A stretch of DNA of 64,000 nucleotides from an uncultured Gammaproteobacteria bacterium (GTDB lineage Bacteria > Patescibacteriota > Patescibacteriia > Patescibacteriales > UBA12465): the NCBI GenBank assembly GCA_964548885.1, contig CAZJSQ010000001.1, positions 52,782 to 116,781 on the forward strand, written 5' to 3'. The notes below the pieces were generated by a model. The model worked only from the letters and a program-made list of their open reading frames with translations. It made no database searches and was not told where the DNA came from. Below, one piece after another: positions 1-8,128 of the stretch. Positions within the stretch are counted from its first letter, which is position 1, and each line of letters opens with the position of its first letter. The position numbers and the translations under genes were made by a program.

Positions 1-86
1 ATTGAAGCGCCTTTTAAAGTCTTAGTGGAAATAATGGAAGACTGGACTAAATATGTCCGGGAGCGCCGCGATAACATATAATAATT

Positions 87-779
87 ATGGGAATTCTAAG
101 GATAGTCGCCACGCCGATAGGAAATCTTGAAGATCTGACTCACCGCGCCGAGCGGATATTGAAAGAGTCTGATTTTGTTTTATGCGAGGATACGCGCGTC
201 ACCAAAAGATTATTGGATCATTACCAGATAGTTACGCCGACCATATCTTATCATCAGCATTCCGGCGAGAATAAAACCGGAAAGATTATTGCTTTGCTGA
301 AAGAGGGTAAGAACCTGGCGCTCGTCAGTGACGCCGGTACGCCGGGCCTGTCGGATCCGGGGAGTAAGCTCGTCACCGCGGTACGCGAGGAACTAGGAGG
401 GGCGATTAAAATTGAAAGCGTTCCCGGAGTGTCCGCTCTCACGGCGGCGATTTCTATCGCCGGCATCGGTTTTGACCGTTTTTTATTTTTAGGTTTTTTA
501 CCCCATAAGAAGGGCCGGCAGACTATGTTGAAGACGATTTTTAAAAGCGAATACCCGGCAATCGCCTATGAGTCAAAACATCGCATCGTAAAATTACTAG
601 AAGAACTTATTAAAATGAGTGGGGAATTAAAGATTCCGACAGAAGTTAAAGTGGCTCGTGAATTAACTAAATTATTTGAAAGCTTCTACATTGGCGCGCC
701 GGGAAAAGTCCTAGAGGAATTACAGTCCGACCCCCATAGCTTAAAAGGAGAATTCGTCGTCTTGATAAATAAAAAATAG
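87..779 (+). CDS. rsmI: 16S rRNA (cytidine1402-2'-O)-methyltransferase RsmI (tetrapyrrole methylase fold)
   Basis: The N-terminus GILRIVATPIGNLEDLT...DFVLCEDTR and the motif LVSDAGTPGLSDPG are diagnostic of the RsmI/YraL family. Length is 230 aa. Confidence 0.9.
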   Translation: MGILRIVATPIGNLEDLTHRAERILKESDFVLCEDTRVTKRLLDHYQIVTPTISYHQHSGENKTGKIIALLKEGKNLALVSDAGTPGLSDPGSKLVTAVREELGGAIKIESVPGVSALTAAISIAGIGFDRFLFLGFLPHKKGRQTMLKTIFKSEYPAIAYESKHRIVKLLEELIKMSGELKIPTEVKVARELTKLFESFYIGAPGKVLEELQSDPHSLKGEFVVLINKK

Positions 780-870
780 AAATAATAATTTGGTCCGGAT
801 AAATAAAAAAATAGAAAACAAAAAGACGGTTATTAAATTTTAAAATAAAAAACGTCAGTCAACAGCCACT

Positions 871-2313
871 ATGCCAGATTCCAAACATTTTTACATCACC
901 ACCACCTTGCCTTATATCAATTCCGAACCGCATCTCGGTTTCGCGGCGGAAATCATCAAGGCGGATGTTATCGCCCGTTACCAGCGCCAGCGCGGGAAAA
1001 AGGTCTTTTTTAATACCGGCACGGACGAGCATGGCTTGAAAATTTATCAGAAAGCCCAGGAACTGGGGATGGATATTCAGGCTTACTGCGATGAGTATTC
1101 GGCGAAGTTCCGGCCTTTGAAAGAAAAATTGAATCTGACTTATGATAAATTCATCCGGACGACCGACGCGAGCCATGTCGCCGCCGCTCAAGCGTTCTGG
1201 AAAAAATGCGAGGCCGGCGGAGACATTTATAAAAAATCATACAAGATAAAATATTGCGTCGGCTGCGAGCTGGAAAAGACCGATTCCGATTTGGCGAGCG
1301 GCCGCTGTCCGCTCCACCCGAATCAAGAGCTGGAAATCATCGAGGAAGAGAATTATTTTTTCCGTTTTTCTAAATATCAAGAACCGCTTTTGAAATTATA
1401 TGAAACTAATCCGTCTTTTGTTTTACCGGCCAGCCGCCTGAAAGAAATAAAAACTTTCGTGGCCGGCGGTTTGCAGGATTTTAGCATTTCGCGCTTGAAA
1501 GAGAAGATGCCGCACGGCCTCGCGGTTCCGGGCGACGCGACCCAAGTGATGTATGTCTGGTTTGACGCTTTAGTAAACTATATTTCTACTCTGGGCTGGC
1601 CGAATGAAAAAGAGGATTTTAAAACGTATTGGCCGGGACGGCAAGTTTGCGGCAAGGATAATCTGCGGCCGCAGGCGGCGATGTGGCAGGCGATGCTTTT
1701 ATCGGCCGGTCTGCCTAATTCTCTCCAGGTTTTAGTTTTCGGATTTTTGACGGTCAACGGGCAAAAAATCAGCAAGAGCCTCGGCAACAGCATCAATCCT
1801 TTCGAACTGGTTGATAAATACGGAGCGGACGCGGTTCGTTATTATCTTCTGGCGGAGATTCCGCCCTTTGAAGACGGCGATTACTCGGAGGAGAAATTTA
1901 AGGAGCGCTATAACGCCGATTTGGCCAACGGCCTGGGAAACTTGGCGGCGCGCGTTTCTAATTTGCTGGAAAAGAATGAGATTAAAACTGATTTGAAAGT
2001 TAATCTGAAAGACGCGGGGATTAAGGATATGGTCCGGGATTTTGAGGCGAGTATGTCCGGCTATCGTTTTAACGAGGCTTTGCAGGTGGTCTGGAATAAG
2101 CTTCAGAGTTGCAATGAGATTATCAGCCGTCAAGCGCCTTGGAAAATGACGGACAAGAAAGAGATCGCCGCGGTCTTAAAACCTTTGGCGGCCGTTATCT
2201 TAACCAGCGCTTATCTCTTGGAGCCGTTCATACCGGCGGCGGCGATTAAAATTCAAGAACAGTTTTTGGCGCCGCAAGTTAAGAAGGGTGAAATCCTTTT
2301 TCCGCGGATTTGA
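871..2313 (+). CDS. metG: Methionyl-tRNA synthetase (short form)
   Basis: Class I aaRS with the HIGH-type motif P-HLGF near the N-terminus, the KMSKS-type motif KISKSLGN, and a CxxC-x-CPLH zinc knuckle. Length is 480 aa. Confidence 0.93.
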   Translation: MPDSKHFYITTTLPYINSEPHLGFAAEIIKADVIARYQRQRGKKVFFNTGTDEHGLKIYQKAQELGMDIQAYCDEYSAKFRPLKEKLNLTYDKFIRTTDASHVAAAQAFWKKCEAGGDIYKKSYKIKYCVGCELEKTDSDLASGRCPLHPNQELEIIEEENYFFRFSKYQEPLLKLYETNPSFVLPASRLKEIKTFVAGGLQDFSISRLKEKMPHGLAVPGDATQVMYVWFDALVNYISTLGWPNEKEDFKTYWPGRQVCGKDNLRPQAAMWQAMLLSAGLPNSLQVLVFGFLTVNGQKISKSLGNSINPFELVDKYGADAVRYYLLAEIPPFEDGDYSEEKFKERYNADLANGLGNLAARVSNLLEKNEIKTDLKVNLKDAGIKDMVRDFEASMSGYRFNEALQVVWNKLQSCNEIISRQAPWKMTDKKEIAAVLKPLAAVILTSAYLLEPFIPAAAIKIQEQFLAPQVKKGEILFPRI

Positions 2314-2346
2314 ATATTAAATAATATAATAGAACCGCTGAATCAG

Positions 2347-2370
2347 GCCATTTTTAAAATGGCTATTTTT
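2347..2370 (+). terminator. Palindrome CCATTTT(t)AAAATGG followed by a T-run; weak intrinsic terminator after metG
   Basis: Inverted repeat visible 30 nt after the metG stop, followed by TATTTTTG. Confidence 0.3.
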
Positions 2371-3004
2371 GTATAATTTTGTTAATATAAATTATATGAC
2401 AAATACTACTTATAACGAAATTATTAAAAAATCTCAAGAAAAGATTAAGGGTTTAGCAGTTAAGAATGGTTGGCTATGGTTTTATAATCTTCATCAAAAA
2501 GAAGTGGTAAATTATGCCGAGAAATTGTTAAATATTTATAAAAAAGCTGATTACAAAATTGTTATAATTTCTTGCTGGCTTCACGATATTGCTCATTATT
2601 ACGCTAAAAACGCCAAAGAAATACTAATGGTTAAAGCCAACCATCATATTAAGGGAGCGGAGAGCGCCGAAAAATTTTTAAAAAATTATAAAATTAGCCG
2701 AGAAGAAACTGAAAAAATTAAAAATTGTATTTTGTGTCATCGCAACAAAAAACCATTCATTCCTAAAACCATAGAAGAAAAAATTGTCACCGTGGCTGAT
2801 ACTATGTCTCATTTCGGCAGTATTTTTTATTTCACTTATTTTAAACTTCATCCTGATCATACTTTAGAGCAAATGGTTGCCACTGATTTAAATAAATTAA
2901 AAAGAGATCGCCGGGACATAAAACTTTTGCCCAAAGCACAAAAATTAGTGGAGAAAGAATATAAAATTATAAAAAAATTATTAAATAATTATAATAAGGT
3001 TTAG
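2369..3004 (+). CDS. HD-domain metal-dependent phosphohydrolase (first gene of the AT-rich island)
   Basis: Contains CWLHDIAH (the H..HD motif), downstream HH and a conserved Asp (VADTMSHF). The segment is AT-rich. An alternative start is the ATG at 2396 (MTNTTYNE). Confidence 0.7.
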   Translation: MYNFVNINYMTNTTYNEIIKKSQEKIKGLAVKNGWLWFYNLHQKEVVNYAEKLLNIYKKADYKIVIISCWLHDIAHYYAKNAKEILMVKANHHIKGAESAEKFLKNYKISREETEKIKNCILCHRNKKPFIPKTIEEKIVTVADTMSHFGSIFYFTYFKLHPDHTLEQMVATDLNKLKRDRRDIKLLPKAQKLVEKEYKIIKKLLNNYNKV

Positions 3005-3079
3005 TTAAAGCGCCTTGATTATTTGTTGAATTTTTGTTATTATAGAACCATAATTTATGGAATTTAATTAGGAATATAT

Positions 3080-4342
3080 ATGAATATAATAGACGTAAAT
3101 AAAATACTTAGGCGATATAGCCATTTACCGGCAGTGGCGATTTGGAAGGCAATTATTGTCAATGAAGGCGTTGATAGTTGTTTGAATAAAAAAGATTTTG
3201 AAAAAAAATTTAATAATTATAAGATTAAATACGCCGTTAAAAGCCCCATAAGTTCCGATTATAAAGTGTTAGACCGTTCCGCCGATCAAAGAGTCATTTC
3301 TTCCGAGGTAATAATAAAAGACAATGATAATAATTTATCTTTGCTGAAGTTACGTTATAACCCGCAATCCGTGATAAATTTGGCCATCACGGGAAATAAT
3401 GAAGAAAATATAAAATTTTATATCAAAAATAAGGATAAGAAAGTAATTATTCCCGTCGATATTTCATTTGTAAAAGAGAAAGGCGACTCGGTTGTCAGTT
3501 TATTGGGCAGGGACAGGCTCTCAATAAACTTGTTTGAGGGTTGCTGGAATTGGAATAGCGGCTGCCAATGCAAATTTTGCGATTTAAGCCCGAAAAGAAA
3601 GGATTATCGCAGCGTCGTCCCTTCTTTAAATGATTTAAGACCGCTTGATTTCGATTATGAGCTATGGTGGAATAAATATAAAATGGATTTTTTTAAAAGG
3701 CTTAATAAGTCATTTAAAAAAATGTACAAATTAGCCGAGCCCCACAAACATTTACTGATTATGTCCGGCGGTTTTATCGATAATGACTTTTTATGGAAAA
3801 TGATTATTGAATTAACGGAGGAATTAAATCGGATCATTCCTTTAAAAAAACTGGATAATTATATCAACGTCCCGCCGCCGACAAATAATATAAAAAAACA
3901 CTTTTTAAGATTAAAAAGCTTGGGAATCAAACAGATGCAGATTAATTTAGAAGTGGCCAATAAAAAAAAGTTTGAGAAAACCTGTCCGGGCAAGAATAAA
4001 ACCATCGGCTATGATAATTATCAGAAAGCTTTAAAAGTGGCGGTAACTGTTTTCGGCCGGGGAAAGGTCAGATCAAATTTTGTTTTTACTTCTCACGCCG
4101 CCAAAGAATTGTTAGACGAGGCCAAGCGTTTGGCGAAGTTAGGAGTCATAATGGACTATAGTATCTTTCAGCCCAAAAAAGGGACGCCGTGGTCTGAAAA
4201 GAAGGGCCCGGCCGCCGGTGAGATATTAAGTTTTACCGAAGCGCTCGCCAAAATTTATAAGAAACATAATTTTAGGGGTATTTATTGTAACTTAAGCAGT
4301 CGGTCAAGCATTATAAATGAAGTTTTGAATTATAAAGATTGA
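3080..4342 (+). CDS. Radical-SAM-like Fe-S protein with a non-canonical Cys cluster (hypothetical)
   Basis: A beta-strand-like LSINLFEG is followed by CWNWNSGCQCKFCD (Cx6CxCx2C), a Gly-rich LLIMSGGFID, and GIKQMQINLE. This resembles radical SAM core elements, but the canonical Cx3Cx2C motif is absent. Length is 420 aa and the segment is AT-rich. Confidence 0.4.
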   Translation: MNIIDVNKILRRYSHLPAVAIWKAIIVNEGVDSCLNKKDFEKKFNNYKIKYAVKSPISSDYKVLDRSADQRVISSEVIIKDNDNNLSLLKLRYNPQSVINLAITGNNEENIKFYIKNKDKKVIIPVDISFVKEKGDSVVSLLGRDRLSINLFEGCWNWNSGCQCKFCDLSPKRKDYRSVVPSLNDLRPLDFDYELWWNKYKMDFFKRLNKSFKKMYKLAEPHKHLLIMSGGFIDNDFLWKMIIELTEELNRIIPLKKLDNYINVPPPTNNIKKHFLRLKSLGIKQMQINLEVANKKKFEKTCPGKNKTIGYDNYQKALKVAVTVFGRGKVRSNFVFTSHAAKELLDEAKRLAKLGVIMDYSIFQPKKGTPWSEKKGPAAGEILSFTEALAKIYKKHNFRGIYCNLSSRSSIINEVLNYKD

Positions 4343-4392
4343 AATATTCGATATCGCCGGAAAGCAGAAAAGGCGACAAGCGTCAATAATTT

Positions 4393-5058
4393 ATGAAGAT
4401 TTCCGGAAAAAATAAAAAAATAAAGAATATTAATTTAATTTTACCGAAAAATTTTGTTAATCCGAACCTTAAAAAAAATCGGCATCTTTATTTTTTGTCC
4501 GGTCCGATCAGAGGAGCGGGGGATTGGCAAAAAAACGCCGTTAAAATGCTGGCCGATGAAGATAGGGATTGCTATATTGTTTGTCCTTGCCGTTATTCTA
4601 AACGCCATGAATTATATAATTTTTCATTATCATCAAAATATAAAAAACCATTTGGCGGATCGGGTGTAGCCGCTAAAAAATTCTCCAGTCAGACATTATG
4701 GGAAAGATATTATTTAGAGCTGGCTTCTTATTACGGATCAATTATTTTTTGGCTTCCGCTAGAATGTAAAGATAATCCCCGGCGAAAAAATGACGGCCCT
4801 TACGCCCGAGAGACGCTGGGGGAAATCGGCAGATGGAGCGTAAGAAGCGCCTATAAATTAGGTTTAGGCGCGAATAATAAAAATAAGGAAAAAGTTAACA
4901 TGATTATAGGGATACAAAGAGGTTTCTCCGGCCGGAAGACGATTAAAAGAAATTTGGACGCCGATCATGGAAAAAATTATCCGATTTACGCCTCTTTAAA
5001 GGAAACAATCAATAAAGCAATCAGTCTCGCTAAAAAATCTTCTAAAAATATTAAATAA
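4393..5058 (+). CDS. Nucleoside 2-deoxyribosyltransferase-like (SLOG/NDT-fold) protein
   Basis: An N-terminal Rossmann-like YFLSGPIRGAGDW is followed by NDGPYARETLGEIG, which matches the D-x-G-T-x-x-E-x-G catalytic-Glu motif of the NDT/DNPH1 family. Length is 221 aa. Confidence 0.55.
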   Translation: MKISGKNKKIKNINLILPKNFVNPNLKKNRHLYFLSGPIRGAGDWQKNAVKMLADEDRDCYIVCPCRYSKRHELYNFSLSSKYKKPFGGSGVAAKKFSSQTLWERYYLELASYYGSIIFWLPLECKDNPRRKNDGPYARETLGEIGRWSVRSAYKLGLGANNKNKEKVNMIIGIQRGFSGRKTIKRNLDADHGKNYPIYASLKETINKAISLAKKSSKNIK

Positions 5059-5114
5059 TCTAAATTTTCCAAGATATATTTTTTGGAGAAAAACAGACCT
5101 AAGACATCAAACAT

Positions 5115-6179
5115 ATGAGTTCACTGACAGGCAACAAAATTAATTATCTCACTCATACTCAACTTAATATTATCAAGGAAACTGGCGATTATCTTTTAGT
5201 ATATGATACCAACCATAAGAGAGAGGAATTGCTTGTTATTAGCGACAACCTCGAAGATGCGAAAAAATACCTCGATCTCGGCTGGAAAACTAAAAAAATT
5301 CTTTCCGGGATAATATTCATGGCTCCGGAAATTTGGATAGTTGATTTAGCCGACCCCTTCAAAGTTATAAAAAATGGCGGACTTCAAGAAAACTTGGCGC
5401 TCTATAATACTTTCAAATATTTTCAGAGTAACGATAAAATTTCCAGTTTAATTAATAAGACCTTGCGGAATAATGGGCTAAACGGATTAAAAGTATATTT
5501 ACTTCATGGGACATCTCTGGAAACTGAGATTAGAATGGCCGGTACGGATAAACGCGTTAACGATTTTAAACAATTATTCATTGATACGCTCCGGGAGAGT
5601 AAAGAATTTTTAAAAGAAATAGAACGGATTAAAATTAAATATGGAAAAAAGTGCCGGCGATTAGATCTGACTGAAAAATCCCCAGACAAAGCCGCCTTAA
5701 AGAAATATCAAGATATCTCCGATTATTATTCTTATATAGACCGGGATTTCTGTTTTCCTGATAATATTTATGGTTTATTTAAATTATTACCGGCGGCGGA
5801 TAATATAATTTTAATACCGCATAGCGGATTTAAATTTCTTGATGAAATTACAAAAATATTTGATTTTAAAAAAATTTCATTTTATGAAAGACATTTTAGT
5901 CGGAATGGTAATTTTTGGTTATTTAAAAGGAATTTTAAGAACAAGAAAGTTTTAATCATAGACGTAAGTTATTCCGGGGAAACATTGAATACCGTTTCAG
6001 AGATGATAAGCCGTGAAGGGGGCACCCCGATAAGAATAGCGGTGTGGCCGAAAAGTAAATTAGGTATAGCAAATTTTGAATATATTGTTTTTTTGGATAA
6101 AATAATAAAAACTCAAAATGTCCATACTGCCAATCCCGATTGGTGCGTTAATTTATATGAAAAAATCGCTTTTGAATAG
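5115..6179 (+). CDS. Protein with an uncharacterised ~260-aa N-terminal domain and a C-terminal type I phosphoribosyltransferase (PRTase) domain
   Basis: KKVLIIDVSYSGETLNTVSEMI matches the PRPP-binding motif of type I PRTases (hydrophobic x4, D, then xxTGxT). The stop overlaps the next gene's start by 1 nt. Confidence 0.55.
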   Translation: MSSLTGNKINYLTHTQLNIIKETGDYLLVYDTNHKREELLVISDNLEDAKKYLDLGWKTKKILSGIIFMAPEIWIVDLADPFKVIKNGGLQENLALYNTFKYFQSNDKISSLINKTLRNNGLNGLKVYLLHGTSLETEIRMAGTDKRVNDFKQLFIDTLRESKEFLKEIERIKIKYGKKCRRLDLTEKSPDKAALKKYQDISDYYSYIDRDFCFPDNIYGLFKLLPAADNIILIPHSGFKFLDEITKIFDFKKISFYERHFSRNGNFWLFKRNFKNKKVLIIDVSYSGETLNTVSEMISREGGTPIRIAVWPKSKLGIANFEYIVFLDKIIKTQNVHTANPDWCVNLYEKIAFE

Positions 6180-6751
6180 TGAATAAAAATATGGTTCAAG
6201 ACAATAGAGAGATTGAAATTAAAATTAAAATCACCGATATTGAAGAATTTGAGAAAAAAATATCGGCCCTAAATCCCCAAGTTATTAAGGAGGTTTTTGA
6301 AAGAACCGTACGTTTTGATACTAATAACGGGGATCTTGAAAAAAAAGGAATATTCGTCAGGATAAGATCTGGATCAAAAAACACTTGGACCGTAAAGAAA
6401 AAAATCAATGACGCGGCGCAACCAGATAAATACTTTCAAAGGAATGAATGGGAGGTGGGTATAGATGATTTAGAAACAGCCGGAGAAATGCTTAAAGTTT
6501 TAGGGTTTGAAAAAGAGTTTATTATGGAAAAATACAGAAAAAAATTTATTTTGCCAAAAGCGGAGATAACTATTGATAAGCTGCCATTCGGGACGTATGC
6601 GGAAATTGAGGCCGGTAAAGACGAGATAGATCGTCTTACTAAAATACTGGGGATTGACCAAGCAAGAAGGATAATCGGGACTTATTGGCATCTTCATGAA
6701 GAATATAATAAGATTCATGGTCTGACAGAAAAAAATATTATATTTTTATAA
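6179..6751 (+). CDS. CYTH-domain protein (class IV adenylate cyclase / triphosphate tunnel metalloenzyme family)
   Basis: The N-terminus REIEIKIKI carries the ExExK signature, and downstream acidic residues (EWEV, EIE) are typical of CYTH. The GTG start at 6179 overlaps the upstream stop; the ATG at 6191 is an alternative. Confidence 0.7.
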   Translation: MNKNMVQDNREIEIKIKITDIEEFEKKISALNPQVIKEVFERTVRFDTNNGDLEKKGIFVRIRSGSKNTWTVKKKINDAAQPDKYFQRNEWEVGIDDLETAGEMLKVLGFEKEFIMEKYRKKFILPKAEITIDKLPFGTYAEIEAGKDEIDRLTKILGIDQARRIIGTYWHLHEEYNKIHGLTEKNIIFL

Positions 6752-6827
6752 TAATACAAGGAATTTAATTTATATCACAATTATCTTTTTAGCTATTAAA
6801 TAAAAAGGAAAAAGATAAAAAAACATT

Positions 6828-7361
6828 ATGTCAACTTTTGACATCGTTCTGCTCGTCATTATCGGCGCGTTTGTCGTCAACGGTTTATTTAAGGGCCTAA
6901 TCAAGCTCTTGGGTAATATCGCCGGACTGATTATCGGCGCTTATGTCGCCAGTCATTTTTATCTGAATTTTTACGCTTGGGCGTCAACTTGGGGTTGGTT
7001 GGAAAAATGGGCGACCGATCACGAGAATTTCGCCAAAGTCTTAACCTTCATCGTTCTTTTTGTGCTGGTGGCGAAGCTGACGGCTATCTTATTTCTTATC
7101 ATTGAAAAGATTTTCAAATTTATCGCCGTTATTCCGGGCAGCAAATATATCAATAATCTGCTGGGGGCGGCTCTGGGATTACTGGAAGGATCCTTGTCCA
7201 TCGGGTTGATAATTTACGTCATTTCCCGCTATACTCTAATCAGTAATTTTTTCGGCGAGCAACTGACTAACTCCATCGTCGCGCCGCTCTTGCTAAAAGT
7301 CGTTCATATCATTTTACCGCTCTTGCCGGAAGCCCTGAAAGCGCTGCGAGCGATTATTTAG
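6828..7361 (+). CDS. cvpA: CvpA-family membrane protein (colicin V production protein-like)
   Basis: Four predicted TM helices, and MSTFDIVLLVIIGAFVVNGLFKGLIK matches the CvpA N-terminus. Length is 177 aa. Confidence 0.7.
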   Translation: MSTFDIVLLVIIGAFVVNGLFKGLIKLLGNIAGLIIGAYVASHFYLNFYAWASTWGWLEKWATDHENFAKVLTFIVLFVLVAKLTAILFLIIEKIFKFIAVIPGSKYINNLLGAALGLLEGSLSIGLIIYVISRYTLISNFFGEQLTNSIVAPLLLKVVHIILPLLPEALKALRAII

Positions 7362-7410
7362 AGAGGCAGCTTATTTAACGAAAAGTGATTATTTAAAAAT
7401 AATTCTCCGT

Positions 7411-8058
7411 TTGGAAAGTAGTTTTATCAGCCGGGTAGTTTTATCAGCCGTAATGATTTATTCTTATATTAAAAATCTTGACGTTGAGTCGTCATTAATC
7501 GCGGCGGTCGCCCGTTCCCTGAAAGAGGGACGGGTTTTAGTTTTGCCGACGGATACGATTTACGGTTTAAGCTGTCGCGCCGACGATAGGGCGGCGATTA
7601 AGAAAATTTTTCGCTTAAAAAAACGCGATCCCAAGTTTGCCTTAATGGTTTTGGTTAACAGTTTGGCGATGCTGAAAAAATATGTTTTTGTTTCGCGCCG
7701 CCAAGAAGAGCTGATCGGGCGCTACTGGCGCGCCGCTCGTCCGACAACGGTCATTTTACGCGGGCGGGGCAATTTACCCAAGGAATTAACCGGCGCTTCC
7801 GACGGTTTGGCCCTGCGTTTGCCTAAAAGCGAATTTTTGATTAAAATATTGGATAGGGTCGGCGTCCCGCTAGTCTCGACCAGTCTTAACATAAGCGGGG
7901 AAGAGCCGATTTCCGATTTAAAAAATTTGAATTTTCATTTTCCCGCCGCCGTCCGGGAGATTGATTTGGTTATCGATACCGGCCGGCCGCGGCGCCGTCA
8001 ACCCTCGCGCTTAATAGATTTGCGCGGAGCGGGACGGCCGATAATCTTAAGAAAATAA
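7411..8058 (+). CDS. tsaC: L-threonylcarbamoyladenylate synthase TsaC/YrdC (Sua5 family)
   Basis: VLVLPTDTIYGLSC...KKRDPKFALMVLV and LRLPKSEFL are YrdC-family motifs. Length is 215 aa. Confidence 0.85.
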   Translation: MESSFISRVVLSAVMIYSYIKNLDVESSLIAAVARSLKEGRVLVLPTDTIYGLSCRADDRAAIKKIFRLKKRDPKFALMVLVNSLAMLKKYVFVSRRQEELIGRYWRAARPTTVILRGRGNLPKELTGASDGLALRLPKSEFLIKILDRVGVPLVSTSLNISGEEPISDLKNLNFHFPAAVREIDLVIDTGRPRRRQPSRLIDLRGAGRPIILRK

Positions 8059-8128
8059 ACCGGTCGCGTATCTGCGTATATCGCATATATCTAGAGTCGT
8101 CCGGTTTTAAAACAAATAAATTAAAATT

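Noticed and set aside
254-466. 70-aa minus-strand ORF inside rsmI
   Set aside because: It is antisense to a well-supported gene and has no motifs, so it is a shadow ORF. The same reasoning applies to the many 60-135-aa antisense or alternate-frame ORFs in the track (for example 859-1191, 1732-2133, 8641-8940, 9513-9913, 21589-21978, 28450-28857, 37085-37465, 39934-40317).
3080-4342. Calling ORF 3080 a bona fide radical SAM or viperin-like enzyme
   Set aside because: The canonical Cx3Cx2C motif is absent (it has Cx6CxCx2C instead). I keep it as radical-SAM-like/Fe-S hypothetical rather than assigning a family.
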